Shown here in pieces: positions 28,237 through 40,400 of a DNA stretch of 64,000 nucleotides. Source of the stretch: Escherichia phage DT571/2. The notes beneath the pieces are model-generated. The model worked only from the letters and a program-made list of their open reading frames with translations. It had not been told where the DNA came from and did not search any database. The DNA lies in sequence record NC_047749.1, one strand, 5' to 3'. The translations under genes and the position numbers were made by a program. Each line of letters starts with the position of its first letter. The stretch's first letter is position 1.

Positions 28237-31200
28237 TTATTTAGCTTCGAGTTCAGTAATCTTGGCTTCCAGAGCCTCAACCTTATCCATCAAAGCGAGG
28301 ATAGCTTCGTGGTGGAGGGCTGCTGCAACACCGTAGGTGTCTACACCTTTAACGTCCGGGACTACCTCACCATCACGTAGATTCATGGAACCTGCATTGA
28401 ATATAGCATCCGGGAAGCGGTTCTCCACATCCTGAGCGATGAACCCGTAGTTCCTCTTAGAGTTATCCTGCTTGACACGCCACGATACACCCTTGATGGT
28501 ACGCATAGCGCCGAGAGGGTCCGGGATGCGTACAACATCTTCCTTGATGCGCTCGTCAGAAGTAGTGCTCCACCCACCCGGACATACCGCATTACCAGCC
28601 TGCATGAACTGGAAATACCTCGGAGTACTACCACTCACACTGGTCATTATGGTCATATCGCCATTACGTTCGGAGTATACTCGCCCGTACATGGCACCAC
28701 TTGGTGATACGAAGTCCAAAAATCCGGAGGTGTAACTACCACTACCTGTGATACGCACAATATTGCCTTTGGCAATCATATTGCCCGGTGTGACTAAGTC
28801 CCCGCTACTATTAAAGTCAAAGCTCCGAGTAACACCCAGAGTAGAGTTGTACACGGATATACGGGCAGCATACGTACCACCTATCGTGCCTACCATACGG
28901 AAATCTGCGGAACCTTCCAGCTGACCACCAACACGGTACTCACTAGTAACACGACCGCCAGTAACAGACGTTGTTGCAGGTGGCAGTGTGGCATCACCGT
29001 TAATCACAGACCACGACGTATTCGCAGCAACAAATCCGCCCGATGCACGAATCACCCAAACGCCTACGAATGAGTTAGGTCTTACCTCGGAAGCACGCCC
29101 ATAAGCCGCATTGACTCTAGATGCCCTGAATGTGTATGTGTTATATCTTGCGTTACTCCCCTCTGCGTTGCTAAGACTAATTGCAGAAGTTCCGTTATTA
29201 GAAGATGCAAATGCACCTGACGGAGCTCCTGCGAGATAACTATAAGAAGTAAAATCCCCTGAGATATCAGGGAGGCCGTTTTCAAGAATACCGCCATAAT
29301 TGCCGCCCGCATCACCACGCCCGAACAACCCCTTGATTGAACCTGTTTGAGTACCGTTACGGTCTGGCACGCGGAAAGTAGTAGAGCCATCACCTGTTGA
29401 ATACTGGTGTCTGTTCCAAGGGTCAGCAAGCCAATCAGCATCAGAAATAGGGGAAAGCATTTGAGCATAAGCCCACAACTCGGGCCAGTCAGCCCTATTA
29501 AGAAGTTGTCCATCAGAAACGACTTCATATGGTTGAATATACGCACGACTATCACGAAGGTGGAAATCACCTACACCATAGTTCATGACACCATTCATTG
29601 TTGGCCCTACTGTACCGGTGTTAATCTTATTCTCTACCCAACGCTTAGTAACAGCATCGTAGTCGCCAACAGGATCACCAGCCAGCGGCGTTGAACCAAC
29701 GGGTCGCACGTTAAGCCATGCGGCAGCACGGTCTGCCAAATCCGAAAGGTTATTAGCTTTTAATAAGTAATCAGTATCTGACTGAGTTTTAGCGTCTGCT
29801 AAAGCAGAATCAACCTCCATCTTAGTATACGTGGTAGCAATATCAGCCTTATCTGCTAAAGCAGAATCAACCTCCATCTTAGTATACGTGGTAGCAATAT
29901 CAGCCTTATCTGCTAAAGCAGAATCAACCTCCGTAGTACTATATAACTCGAGGGCTATACGGGCGTCTTCTTTAGTTGTTGCACCAGTACCGCCTTGATT
30001 AATACTAACAGTACCTTGTAGTGAGGTATCAATTTCAACGTTACCAGTTATATCATCTGGAGAGATACCATTAACTGTCACAACATAAGGAATCTGATCT
30101 TTAATAACGCCAGCATCTTCTTCGCCTTTAGTTGGTGCACGGAATGCCTGTCCTTGCATCATATCTGGTAGACGGAAGGTTGTAGAGCCATCACCCGTAG
30201 AGAAGTAAAGAGACGCACCGGCTTGCCATTCAGCTTCTGGTACAGAAGGAATTAAGCCAGCCTCAATAGCCTCCCAAGTATCTGGATAGTCTGCACGAAG
30301 AACTTCACGACCATCAGCAGGAAGAACACCAGGGTAGCCAACACCTGAATCTTTATCATAAGGGAACCAAGTAACTTCACCCAGCCATAAAGAGGGGTTA
30401 CCACCAGGAAGGGTGATCTGTACGTTACCCCCATCATCTGCACGAACGTTATTAACAGAAACTAACTTTTGCTCTGTTTCTACTAACTCTAATACTGGAG
30501 TCTCAGCAGTTCCAGCTACTTTGTACCACCCATATTTTGAGTTAGTTTGGTTCCAGACTAGAACCTTTTCGTCTAGCACACGGTTTACAACATCGGCATC
30601 AGCTTCTGCTTTAGTCTTATAAACTTTGATAAAACCAGAAATATCTACTTTATCAAGTTTACTATCAACAATCTGAGTTGCACGATCTGCCTCAGCTTTA
30701 GCACGATCTGCCTCAGTAGTAGCATCGATAGCTTTATCACCGGCTTCAGTAGCAGAACCAGCAGCATTAGTTTCAGAAATCTTAGCGTTTAGTTCTGATT
30801 GCCTTGCAGCAGCAGCATGTTCGCCAGCAGTGGTAGCAGCAGCATCAGCTCCATCTTTAGCTGTTTCAGCACCAGTCTTAGCAGCTTCTGCGGCTATTTG
30901 AGCTTGTTGCGCAGCTGTTTTAGCTTGTTCAGCTAGTAAACGACTTTGTTCAGCATTCTGCGCTGCCAATTCTGCAGAGTCTCTAAATCCCTCTGATTCT
31001 TGCGCAGAAGCTGCAGAATTATCTGCACTGCTTTGGGCTAAACCCGCCTGTCTTTCTGACTCAGTAGCAGAGGCAGCAGATTGAGTTGCTGAAGCTTCGG
31101 AAGCACCAGCATGAATACCCGCCTGAATCTCTGAATCTTTAGCGTTATTTTCAGAGTCCTTAGCTGCTATTTCAGAACCTCTAGCAGCAGCAGCGGATCC

Positions 31201-31356
31201 TGCAGAGGCCTCTACAGCAGCAGTTAATTCACCAGCAGTAATAGAACTAATAGAATTACCTAAAACTACTGTATATTTAGGATACTTACTAGCAGTAGTT
31301 GTAGTGTCATCTATGTTCAGAATCTGCTGTACAATAATTTTAGTTTTAAGTGCCAT
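28237..31356 (-). CDS. L-shaped tail fibre protein (pb1/LtfA-like) with C-terminal chaperone domain
   Basis: 1039 aa; Ala-rich coiled-coil N-terminal region; 19-aa tandem repeats; C-terminus ...ILALMDKVEALEAKITELEAK chaperone-like; adjacent to the collar gene. Confidence 0.75.
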   Translation of the reverse strand: MALKTKIIVQQILNIDDTTTTASKYPKYTVVLGNSISSITAGELTAAVEASAGSAAAARGSEIAAKDSENNAKDSEIQAGIHAGASEASATQSAASATESERQAGLAQSSADNSAASAQESEGFRDSAELAAQNAEQSRLLAEQAKTAAQQAQIAAEAAKTGAETAKDGADAAATTAGEHAAAARQSELNAKISETNAAGSATEAGDKAIDATTEADRAKAEADRATQIVDSKLDKVDISGFIKVYKTKAEADADVVNRVLDEKVLVWNQTNSKYGWYKVAGTAETPVLELVETEQKLVSVNNVRADDGGNVQITLPGGNPSLWLGEVTWFPYDKDSGVGYPGVLPADGREVLRADYPDTWEAIEAGLIPSVPEAEWQAGASLYFSTGDGSTTFRLPDMMQGQAFRAPTKGEEDAGVIKDQIPYVVTVNGISPDDITGNVEIDTSLQGTVSINQGGTGATTKEDARIALELYSTTEVDSALADKADIATTYTKMEVDSALADKADIATTYTKMEVDSALADAKTQSDTDYLLKANNLSDLADRAAAWLNVRPVGSTPLAGDPVGDYDAVTKRWVENKINTGTVGPTMNGVMNYGVGDFHLRDSRAYIQPYEVVSDGQLLNRADWPELWAYAQMLSPISDADWLADPWNRHQYSTGDGSTTFRVPDRNGTQTGSIKGLFGRGDAGGNYGGILENGLPDISGDFTSYSYLAGAPSGAFASSNNGTSAISLSNAEGSNARYNTYTFRASRVNAAYGRASEVRPNSFVGVWVIRASGGFVAANTSWSVINGDATLPPATTSVTGGRVTSEYRVGGQLEGSADFRMVGTIGGTYAARISVYNSTLGVTRSFDFNSSGDLVTPGNMIAKGNIVRITGSGSYTSGFLDFVSPSGAMYGRVYSERNGDMTIMTSVSGSTPRYFQFMQAGNAVCPGGWSTTSDERIKEDVVRIPDPLGAMRTIKGVSWRVKQDNSKRNYGFIAQDVENRFPDAIFNAGSMNLRDGEVVPDVKGVDTYGVAAALHHEAILALMDKVEALEAKITELEAK
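29795..29941. repeat. 57-bp tandem repeat (about 2.6 copies) inside the tail-fibre gene
   Basis: Unit tctgctaaagcagaatcaacctccatcttagtatacgtggtagcaatatcagccttatc starts at 29795, 29852 and 29909; encodes repeated TTYTKMEVDSALADKADIA. Confidence 0.85.
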
Positions 31357-31778
31357 TATTGAGTTACTCCATCGCTGATGTATACTTTACCTTCCATAAT
31401 ACGGAAAGAACTGACTTCAGAGCCAATTACATCACGAGTCATTAGGATATCATAATAACCCGCAAAGCGTTGTCTAGGGTTATACTTATCACGTTCTTTA
31501 GATGCTTTTTCACCAATATTAGTAACGTCTGCAACGGAAAGACTAATTGCAGCAGCACCTTGAGCAGCATCAATAATACTAGTAGTAAAAGATGCCAAAG
31601 TTTCCGCGTTCTCGTCTAAGCTAGACTTAATAGTTCCACGAAGTGAATAACCTGCTAGATTAACAGGTGTTTCAGAAGGAGGGTATACACTATCATCAAC
31701 ATCCATAAATTGCATGATAAGACCATAAGGCACTTTCTCATCAACAACAATATCAATTACTCTATTTTCAGTACTCAT
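31356..31778 (-). CDS. Tail collar/fibre-attachment protein (T5 p132-like, 140 aa)
   Basis: Position between pb4-like and tail-fibre genes; 140 aa as for T5 p132 (from memory). Confidence 0.5.
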   Translation of the reverse strand: MSTENRVIDIVVDEKVPYGLIMQFMDVDDSVYPPSETPVNLAGYSLRGTIKSSLDENAETLASFTTSIIDAAQGAAAISLSVADVTNIGEKASKERDKYNPRQRFAGYYDILMTRDVIGSEVSSFRIMEGKVYISDGVTQ

Positions 31779-31782
31779 TATT

Positions 31783-33855
31783 TTACCTTATATGAATATA
31801 TCCGTTTACTAGATCTATTTTCATCTTATATTGAGCTTCAGGATTTCCTGATAGTGCGGCAGCCCTATCATATATAGTATTAACACCTATTTGTGATAGA
31901 AAAGCATTCCCAGCTACTATTTTATCCGCTGTAATAGTACCATTAACTATCATATTACCATGAAGTACCATAGCTGGGTTAACCCAACCAGAACCGTTCC
32001 ATTGTCTAGTAAATGCAGTTTGAGGTGAATTACTATTAAATTCAGTTAATACATCATATTTAACTGGGGGAGAACCGAAGTTACTTTGAAAGAAAGAATT
32101 AGCTTGTCCATCGTCCCAACCACTTAAACCTGCTATACCTACAGAATACATCCCAGGACCACGTTGTCCATCATGCCCTATAGTACCTTCAGTACCGCTC
32201 CACTGAACTACATCCGACCAACTAGTACCCTCTAATAACCTATTAGTAACTGGATCAAGTGTACCCGTAGTCGCATAGATATTTTGTGTCATATCTGTGC
32301 GGTTAGGTGGAGTTTTTGACCAACCCGGAGGCGGATAATCCTGCTCTAGTGGTTTAGCAGGTAGAGATGTTGCTAACTTATAAACAAATACTGTTTGCTT
32401 ACCTTGCATACCAGTACCCAGATCTACATCGCCATTAGGAGTTCCAATAACTACTCCACTAGAAATACGTAGCACATCACCATCATAACGAATCCACTGT
32501 GTGGCATTACCAATGTCTAATTTAGCTTTGGCAGAGGTATTATCCATACCCATCCAAATACCTGAGTTATTATCCCCCCAAGATTTACCCTGAGTGTAAA
32601 TTGCCGGATTATCCTCACCAGATAAGTTAGTCATGATAAAGTTCGCAGCATTAATATCTCTAGTAATTACTTTACCATCAACGTTAACAACACGGTTTAT
32701 AGGGTCAAAAGAAATGGGTGCTTTTCCTTCTTCATCTAGCAGACCAATGTTAATAGCACCAGTAGCTGCGTCGATTAAGAATGTCTGTTTCCAGATTTCT
32801 CCCTCTTTCATGCTGCCCTTAATAAAGGCATAATTAACATCAATACCCGTCTCATTGACAAAACTGTTGTCTAGAGGAGTATCTTCATTCAATATAAATG
32901 TTGCAGGAGCTGATTCTGTTATATCTTGCCTATTTGGTCCCCAGGCAATTGATGATACCTTAAAAGTATGCTCAACTTTCCATGGGAATGATATAATCGT
33001 TGCAGCCCTAGCAGCCCCAACGTTTATCTTTTGAGCTTTAGCCCAACCAGTCCTAGCATATTCTTCAGAGTTTATATAAGTAACCAGAAATTCACGGACG
33101 TTAGCACCCGCCCCACGTTCCCAGTCCCATTCTATTCTAACATCATAACGTTCCTTACCATCTGCAATTCGTGCAGCTTTAAAGGCAATGTTAGTAGGTG
33201 CAGTAGGCGGTACGAAATTATAAGCTACAGTGAAAACGCTAGGATATTCATAATAACCAGATGAGTCAACTGTAACACCATCTGGCATCGTAACTTGGCC
33301 AGATATTCTGATCTTATAGTCACCAACAGGAACACCACCAAATTTGATAGTAGGTCCCAGTGCGCCTATATAATATTTAACCCATTCACTATCTTCTGAT
33401 GCAGTACTTTTTAATTCAATAGTGCAGTAACTAGCTTCACCAGTTGTCTCTACAACAACTATGGGAGCACCAACACCAACGTCAACGGGTTCTGATTCAG
33501 ATCTTGCTGCAACAATTATTGGCTTTTCCTTTGTTCTAAAGTTAGTTTCATTAGAGAGGTTGATACCAATCTTAGCTTCCAGTAACTCTGAGTCAATAAT
33601 TGAGTCATAGAAAGCCCCCTGAATCTCATAGGAGGTAGAGGGGGTTAGATTATTAATCATTACGAAGAAAGTATCTACACCGGTGTAATCACGTCTATCT
33701 ATACTTTCTTCTACTTTTAACCAAAAAGATCTACCAATAACATCATAATCAGTATAAATGGAGTGCTGGACATAAGCCAAAGTATATCCAGTCATTATAC
33801 TATTTAAGACCATTTTGGCTGGTGCATTATTTGAAATCATTAAATGGATGCCCAC
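31783..33855 (-). CDS. Tail tip/baseplate protein (T5 pb4-like, 690 aa)
   Basis: Size and synteny (downstream of the pb3-like gene). Confidence 0.55.
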   Translation of the reverse strand: MGIHLMISNNAPAKMVLNSIMTGYTLAYVQHSIYTDYDVIGRSFWLKVEESIDRRDYTGVDTFFVMINNLTPSTSYEIQGAFYDSIIDSELLEAKIGINLSNETNFRTKEKPIIVAARSESEPVDVGVGAPIVVVETTGEASYCTIELKSTASEDSEWVKYYIGALGPTIKFGGVPVGDYKIRISGQVTMPDGVTVDSSGYYEYPSVFTVAYNFVPPTAPTNIAFKAARIADGKERYDVRIEWDWERGAGANVREFLVTYINSEEYARTGWAKAQKINVGAARAATIISFPWKVEHTFKVSSIAWGPNRQDITESAPATFILNEDTPLDNSFVNETGIDVNYAFIKGSMKEGEIWKQTFLIDAATGAINIGLLDEEGKAPISFDPINRVVNVDGKVITRDINAANFIMTNLSGEDNPAIYTQGKSWGDNNSGIWMGMDNTSAKAKLDIGNATQWIRYDGDVLRISSGVVIGTPNGDVDLGTGMQGKQTVFVYKLATSLPAKPLEQDYPPPGWSKTPPNRTDMTQNIYATTGTLDPVTNRLLEGTSWSDVVQWSGTEGTIGHDGQRGPGMYSVGIAGLSGWDDGQANSFFQSNFGSPPVKYDVLTEFNSNSPQTAFTRQWNGSGWVNPAMVLHGNMIVNGTITADKIVAGNAFLSQIGVNTIYDRAAALSGNPEAQYKMKIDLVNGYIHIR

Positions 33856-36689
33856 TCCACAGACTGTTCTCCATCATCCCCTTCAGCTCTAATACGAAAA
33901 TACAATTTTCTATTTATACCTAGAGCATCACTGTTCTGGAGAGCAAAGTCTGCCTTATTATATGTTAATAAATAGTCATAAGTATACTGATTTTCAATAC
34001 GTACACTTCTTAACATCCTATTTTGTGGATCGTGTATTTCAAGGGTATAAAATATACTCTCTATTATATCTTCTTCAGGTATTCTATCCCAGGCTAGTTT
34101 CACATCTGGGCCAACAAACTCAGTTACATCTCCAGAGGCAGTATTAGTTACCCTAAAATTAGATACTACACTAAGGTTTTTAGCGGAGTTAAGTTCTATG
34201 GACAGAGTCACCGGAGAACTTCTTCTACCGTTAATATCTACTGCCCTTATCTCAAATATAGCCAGACCTGCTGGTTCCCCAATTATTTCTTGGATCATAC
34301 GTTCGTTAGGGTTGGTCTCTAACTGTTGTACTATGTAAGGTTCGGCATGGCCTGAGTGCACAATAGAGTAGTAAACTACATTATTGGTTAGACTCGGAAG
34401 CCAGGATAACTCACCATTTTTACCTATAGAGCCTACTAAACCGCCAGGAGTAGGAGTATATTTAAAGTCTCTAGGAGGAAGGACATTATTACTAATATCG
34501 GGGATATCATTACCGCTATTATCAACCTGCCCAGAGTTGATGAATACATCTTCTCCATACTCCTGTAAGGTAACATTTATCTTACCTTCTCTAGAGTTTT
34601 CCACTTCGTCTACTAGGAAGTACTTCCTATCCCACCCATAACGGTCATATGTGAATGCAATAGCATCGTTAGGTTCAATACCAATGAATTGATACGGCAA
34701 TGAGAAAGAAAGTGTTCTTGAGTATCTGGATTTCTTAAGTTCTCTATCAGCAAAACTTCTTGCAGTATAGTAATTAGTAATATTAGCAAAAGATAGTTGT
34801 AATTTTTTATCTAGGTTCTTGTCCTGTTCCTTATAATTGGAGTTATAGAATGTAATGGAATTAGTTTTCCAGCTAAGGGCTGGATCTACTATAGATGCTT
34901 GAACTGAGTTGAATTTATTTCTACCAGTAGTATCTGATAGCTCCAAATCGCCATAAGTATCTAGAAAATTAATCTCTAACGGAGTATTAGAGTATTTTTC
35001 TACAGTAACCCTATACTGGCCAGATAAGTTGTTAATAGCCCCACCATAGGACTCTAATAAACCTTGCACATTTTTAAATACTGATTCAGATGTATCCAGA
35101 ATAGTATTCATTTGTACTATTTGTCTATTTTCCGCTAATGGATTAGTCCACCCAACGTATCTCCAATATGGCTGCCAAGATACCTGATAGGATTCATCTA
35201 TAATATCTAAAATAGCTGCTTCCTGTATTAATTGCTGAAGGGGGAACTGATCAATGGTAATATTAGCGCCGTATCTATCAGAGGTTAAGTAATCAAGTGT
35301 TTGCCAAATACCATTTAAACTAGTACTATTAGCAGTTACTCTACCATCAGAATGATAGACTTTTACTTTTTTACCTTGAATTTCAGCACTAACTTCTGGA
35401 ATCTCAGTTCTGTTTTCATTAATAGTAAAACGCACTACGGCATAAGCAGTATCTAGTAGCTTATATCTAGCATCCCAGTATTCAGGCCCATTGCCATTCA
35501 TATTTTGAAGATAGAACCCGCGGTTTCTAGCGATGTTCACTAGCACATCAGAGGCTGTTTGATTAGACTTTCCGTGGTAAGTCCAGATCCTTATATCACC
35601 ATTTCCATCATTATACCTATACTCTTGACCATGAACGGATGGACTACTAGAGGAAATTCCAGATGCTATCCGCTGCATGGTATCTCCTACTATTTTTTTA
35701 GTACCGAAGCAGGTTCTAGCGGAGCTATCATTAGCGTCTACACAGATCATAGGATTATCACCGAAGGAGAAATCAAGAAAACCATCAATCTCCCCCTCAG
35801 CAAAGGCGTATACGACATAAACTATGTTGGGATTGTGTAGTTCTGTATCAGCAAAAATAGGTATCCCCGGTATTTTCTGTACACCATAAACTACTGGTAT
35901 ATATTTAGCAGCAAGGTTAAAATCTATATCTACTTCCTTAGTAACAGTTTCATAGTATTTTTTAAGGCTGTAGCTTCTAGATAAACCAAATAATTTTTTC
36001 TTTGATTTTAGCTTGTATCTTTCTTCCTGTACTTGGTACTTTGCCAGTATAGATATACTTTTATTAGCATGAAAGAACCCATAGTCTTCTTGGTACTCAG
36101 GTCTTTTAGCACCGTTAGATGGTACTAGCTGTCCAGCTACAACTTCAAGCCCCCTATGAGAAGCATCATCAGTATATCTGCCATTAACCCTATCAAAGTC
36201 ATAGAATTGGTTAGAACAATTCCAGGTAATTGTAGAAGTTCCTACTCCAGAGGTACTAATGTTATCTTTAATGCCTCCTCCAGTAATCCTTCCCCTAAAG
36301 TACAGTAAAGGACCATTTGTATCTGGGTCTACTGGCAGAATAGAACCATCTTCAGTAATAATTGCTTGATGAATTGATACGGTTCTATCTAAGAAGGACA
36401 CGCCATTTTGTACTAGTTTTAGCACTTCATCCTGTGCTGTGCCAGTAATGGTAAAAGATAGACTGCCAATAGATAAATCTCTGTTTTGTTTGTGTGAGCT
36501 AATAGACTTAACTTTACCTGCCTGGTATAGGATGCCATTATATATTACATCCCTAAAATAATCAGTTAAATAAATAAAAGCAGTACTAGTACCAGTAGAG
36601 CCAGGTAACTCTAGGGAAATTAGACTAGCAGTTTTTATTCTGCTATTATTTTTTAAGTAGTTTCTAGCACTATCTAGTATTTGTTTCAT
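33840..36689 (-). CDS. Baseplate hub protein (T5 pb3-like, 949 aa)
   Basis: 949 aa, same as T5 pb3 as I recall; between the distal tail protein and pb4-like genes. Confidence 0.6.
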   Translation of the reverse strand: MKQILDSARNYLKNNSRIKTASLISLELPGSTGTSTAFIYLTDYFRDVIYNGILYQAGKVKSISSHKQNRDLSIGSLSFTITGTAQDEVLKLVQNGVSFLDRTVSIHQAIITEDGSILPVDPDTNGPLLYFRGRITGGGIKDNISTSGVGTSTITWNCSNQFYDFDRVNGRYTDDASHRGLEVVAGQLVPSNGAKRPEYQEDYGFFHANKSISILAKYQVQEERYKLKSKKKLFGLSRSYSLKKYYETVTKEVDIDFNLAAKYIPVVYGVQKIPGIPIFADTELHNPNIVYVVYAFAEGEIDGFLDFSFGDNPMICVDANDSSARTCFGTKKIVGDTMQRIASGISSSSPSVHGQEYRYNDGNGDIRIWTYHGKSNQTASDVLVNIARNRGFYLQNMNGNGPEYWDARYKLLDTAYAVVRFTINENRTEIPEVSAEIQGKKVKVYHSDGRVTANSTSLNGIWQTLDYLTSDRYGANITIDQFPLQQLIQEAAILDIIDESYQVSWQPYWRYVGWTNPLAENRQIVQMNTILDTSESVFKNVQGLLESYGGAINNLSGQYRVTVEKYSNTPLEINFLDTYGDLELSDTTGRNKFNSVQASIVDPALSWKTNSITFYNSNYKEQDKNLDKKLQLSFANITNYYTARSFADRELKKSRYSRTLSFSLPYQFIGIEPNDAIAFTYDRYGWDRKYFLVDEVENSREGKINVTLQEYGEDVFINSGQVDNSGNDIPDISNNVLPPRDFKYTPTPGGLVGSIGKNGELSWLPSLTNNVVYYSIVHSGHAEPYIVQQLETNPNERMIQEIIGEPAGLAIFEIRAVDINGRRSSPVTLSIELNSAKNLSVVSNFRVTNTASGDVTEFVGPDVKLAWDRIPEEDIIESIFYTLEIHDPQNRMLRSVRIENQYTYDYLLTYNKADFALQNSDALGINRKLYFRIRAEGDDGEQSVEWASI

Positions 36690-37300
36690 AAACTTTCCCG
36701 TAAATTTAATGAGATGCCGGAATATGTTCCGTTATTATTTAATGTAGATCCGAAAGCATCACCATTCATGAGTTTTGTTCTAAATAGTATCCCATTAAAT
36801 ACTGGTTTTTCAGCTCCAGTGGTGGTTATAAATAGGTCAGGGTATATGTTAATAGACCATGAATTGCCAGATCTATTAAATGATGTTATTTTATAAACTT
36901 TTGGGTGATTGGATAATTTAAATAAATCACCTGGTTTAGGAATACCGGTAAGAACACCTCCTGTATCCATAGTAATATTGGAACCTCTTTGTCCTGCTGG
37001 TATATTTACTAAGTTAGTATTGCCCCTAACCCTAAAAGCCTCGTACTGGGGTAATATAACATCTATATAACCACCGGTCCTTTTGTACTCTAGAATAAAA
37101 GCATCTAGAACACTATATTCATCTGGAAATAGCTCTGGGTAGGAAATATTTATACCCCAGTATTGAGCAGATACCTTAACTTCGTTAACTTTACCATTAG
37201 GTAACTCATCACGAATTACTGGGTCATTATCAATCAGGTTAACACTTTCGAATCCTAATCCTGAAAGTTCTGGATTCGTGTATGGGTCTGGTAATCTCAT
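36686..37300 (-). CDS. Distal tail protein (T5 pb9-like, 204 aa)
   Basis: Immediately downstream of the tape-measure gene; 204 aa. Confidence 0.55.
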   Translation of the reverse strand: MRLPDPYTNPELSGLGFESVNLIDNDPVIRDELPNGKVNEVKVSAQYWGINISYPELFPDEYSVLDAFILEYKRTGGYIDVILPQYEAFRVRGNTNLVNIPAGQRGSNITMDTGGVLTGIPKPGDLFKLSNHPKVYKITSFNRSGNSWSINIYPDLFITTTGAEKPVFNGILFRTKLMNGDAFGSTLNNNGTYSGISLNLRESL

Positions 37301-37327
37301 AGTTAATTTCTCCTCTTAGATACAATT

Positions 37328-37356
37328 ATTATAATAGTATTAGAAAATTTTATCAA
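37328..37356 (-). promoter_or_regulatory. Sigma70-like promoter on - strand upstream of the pb9-like gene
   Basis: On the - strand: ttgata, 17-bp spacer, tataat; -35 at 37351-37356 and -10 at 37328-37333 in + coordinates. Confidence 0.4.
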
Positions 37357-37365
37357 GAAATTTTT

Positions 37366-37402
37366 ATTTTTCCATAAAGAAAAGGAGGACTCAAAGTCCT
37401 CC
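37366..37402 (-). terminator. Rho-independent terminator after the tape-measure gene
   Basis: On the - strand: ggaggac-uuuga-gtcctcc followed by ttttctttatgg. Confidence 0.6.
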
Positions 37403-37409
37403 TCCAGTT

Positions 37410-40400
37410 TTAAGAATTTCCTAGTGTTTTTAGGCTAGCACCATTCTCATTCAGAGCTAATTCTACTGCATCCCTCAGAGCACCGCTATTACTAGAGGCG
37501 AACTCTCTAAAACTAGCAGCATCCATAGCACTAATATTCAGGATGATAGGTCTTCCTGAAGTTGAATTAGAGGAATTTTTTAACTCATCATTAGGTGTAG
37601 CTTTCATAGGAACCATAGGAGTAATTACCTCGGTACCATGTTCTCCCATCTGATAGCTAACCCCTGGGTACATATTACCACCTTCGGCACGCGGTACAAA
37701 TGAGTTGGCATTACCAATACCCTTCTCACCACGTACATAAGATAGTTCTCCAGCATTAGCAGACATAGATACATCAATGCTCTTCTGACGCTCTCCAAGA
37801 GTTAAATAACTAGTGGTATTTGCTCCAGAATCCACAGAGGGCATAGAGGATGCATTAGAAGCAGCGGCTAAGGATAGTGCGCCTGCAGCAGCCGCAGTGG
37901 CCATCATCGTTAACCCTAATGGTAAGAACGGTTGGGTAGCTGCAGCGTTCATCATAGCTACGGCTGTAGATATGATTATTTGCTTTTTAGCTTCTCGCTG
38001 CTGTATCTTAGTCTTTTCTGCCTCCAACTTCTTGATTTTAGCTTTAGATTCCTCAGATTTACCATCACGCTTCTGTTCTGCTGCAATAGCCTGGTCTATT
38101 GCACTTATTTGCTGGTTAGCAGAATACGCCATCATCTGTCCCACCATCTGCATACCTGCAGATATGGTTGTTATACTATCCAAGCTATCTTGTGCATTAG
38201 CCACCACTGCTAAGGAGAAATTACCTATGCTGTTAGCCAATGCTGTAGAAGCAGAATCCACTTCTGACATCTTAGCTATAGCCTGATCATACATAGACAT
38301 TCTATTCTCAAAATCAGCAAACTCTTTATCAGCACCAGATAATCCATTGGTAGGAGTGAATGTACCCCCTAGTGAGGATACGACTGATTTGTACGTTTGA
38401 TCCTCTCTTTGCTTTTTAAGCTGTTCTAGGGCCGCTGAAGTTTTATAAATCTCATTACGATATTTGATTTCTTCCTCAGTATTACCCTTAGATAGTTCCA
38501 GCTGTTGCTGCAGAATGGATAGTCTTTCCGTAAGAATTTGGGATTGGCCAGTAACATTTCTTTGTGTTTGACTGACTTCTAGTGCATCCATGAGGGCTGA
38601 CACATGTGAGGCAGTTGCCTGATTTTCTGCTTCCCATAGCTCTCTATTTATCTGTGCTTGAGCACGCCTTGACTGTTCTACCTTAGCTTGACCATCCGCT
38701 TGTTTAGAGTATAATTCCGTTTTTTCCTGCTCTAACTGCAGCTCTAGTCTTAACTGCTCCAAACGATACTGAGTACTCGTCATAGTGCGGTCATTAAGAA
38801 GAGCTATTTCTCTATCAATACCAAGAATCTTATCTGTGTAATCCTTGACCTTCTTCTGAGCTTCCATTCCCTGGTTAGTGAGTTTAATTTTCTCCAGCTG
38901 AATTTTTTCAATTTCCCTCTCAACAGCTTTATTTCCCTGGTTTGTTTGAAGAACACGGCGTAAAGCAGCTTCTTGCTCTTCTAACTGTTGGAGTTCTAAA
39001 CGCCTACCAGCTTCCTGTGCCTTTTCTTTATCCTTAGTTTGATTATATACATCAGCTATCTTCTGTTGAACTGCTAACTGATTTTTAGTTTCATTACCAG
39101 TTAGTTTAACATACTCAGATAGAGCCTGAGATGCAGTTTTCATTTCAGACAGGGTGTTATAACCCAGGTTAAGGTTTTTAACATACTCATCGGCACTCTT
39201 ACCAGTGCCTAAGGATAGAGATTCTATATTTTTTATAGCATCTGCTAGTGTAGCACTAGTTTTAGCAGCGGTATCTGTATTCTGAGCAACGTTCTGTATA
39301 TCATTAGCTAGGTCACTAGCAGTTTTCTTAGTCTGATTATATGCTTTTTGTTGTTCAGTTAGTCCTTTTAATACAGTAGAGTTAAAATCGTATACAGCAC
39401 CAGGATCAGTAGCATCCCTCTGTAGATTAATCTGTTTTTGGAATTCTGGATTAGCTTTTGCAGCAGCAGCACCTGCAGCTTGATAAGCTGACTTCCAAGC
39501 ATTAAGGTTCTCGGTAGAATCAGTAACTTCTTTATCCAAGCGTGCTACTTGTAGTCCCATAGCGGCAGTTTCTTCTACAAACTTTTTATTGGCTTCAGAA
39601 GCACCCGCGGTTGCAAGACCAGCAGGAATACCCTCACCAACTTGACGTATAGCTAGTTTTGTATAGAAATCTGCTTGCTCCATTCGTTTATCAAATTCGG
39701 ATTTTAGCTTATTACGCTTATCAAGAGATTCCTTATACATATCTAAGGCTTTATTGTACCCCTCTTCAGAGGCAGATAGACTTAAAGCAACAGCACCAAC
39801 GTTGGTGGGATCTATCTGTTTATTAGTTTGTTCTTGCGCCCTAGCTGCTTCAGCAGATATAGAAGCCTGAGAAGTATAAAATACTGTGTTGATAGCATCA
39901 ATTACTGGCCCTAAGTACTTAGCAGCAGCTTGTTGTATTGTTCTTAGTGCAGCATCTGCGTTAGCAGCAAACTGCTCCCACGGAGTAGCGCGCAGAACTT
40001 CATCTAGATACCCAAAACGTTTAGTAGACTCTGCTATAACAGCATTAGCATACGCTTGCTGTTTCTGGAAGGTAGTAAGGCTATTAATATTATATGTTAT
40101 ACCTGTGTTTGCAGCATTTAACTGTTTAACGTAATCAGCATAAGCATCATTAAGACGGATAGTAACACCAAGTTCATCCAGAAGTTCGATTTCCTGTTTA
40201 GATACACCCTTAATTACACGGTTAAGTGCATCAGTCATATCAACGCCAAGAACAGCAGCAGCACGACGAGCTACTAGACCAAACTTATTAAGTTGTTCAG
40301 CATCAAAACCGTATGCAGAAGCAGAGGATGCTTGTCTCATAGCTTCTTCAAAGGAAATAGCGTACCCGGCTGCTTCTTGTAGTGATCTAGCAAGGGACTG

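Noticed and set aside
37813-38286. + strand ORFs antisense to the tape-measure gene
   Set aside because: Embedded in a 1226-aa - strand gene with continuous coding signal; Ala-rich antisense artefacts.
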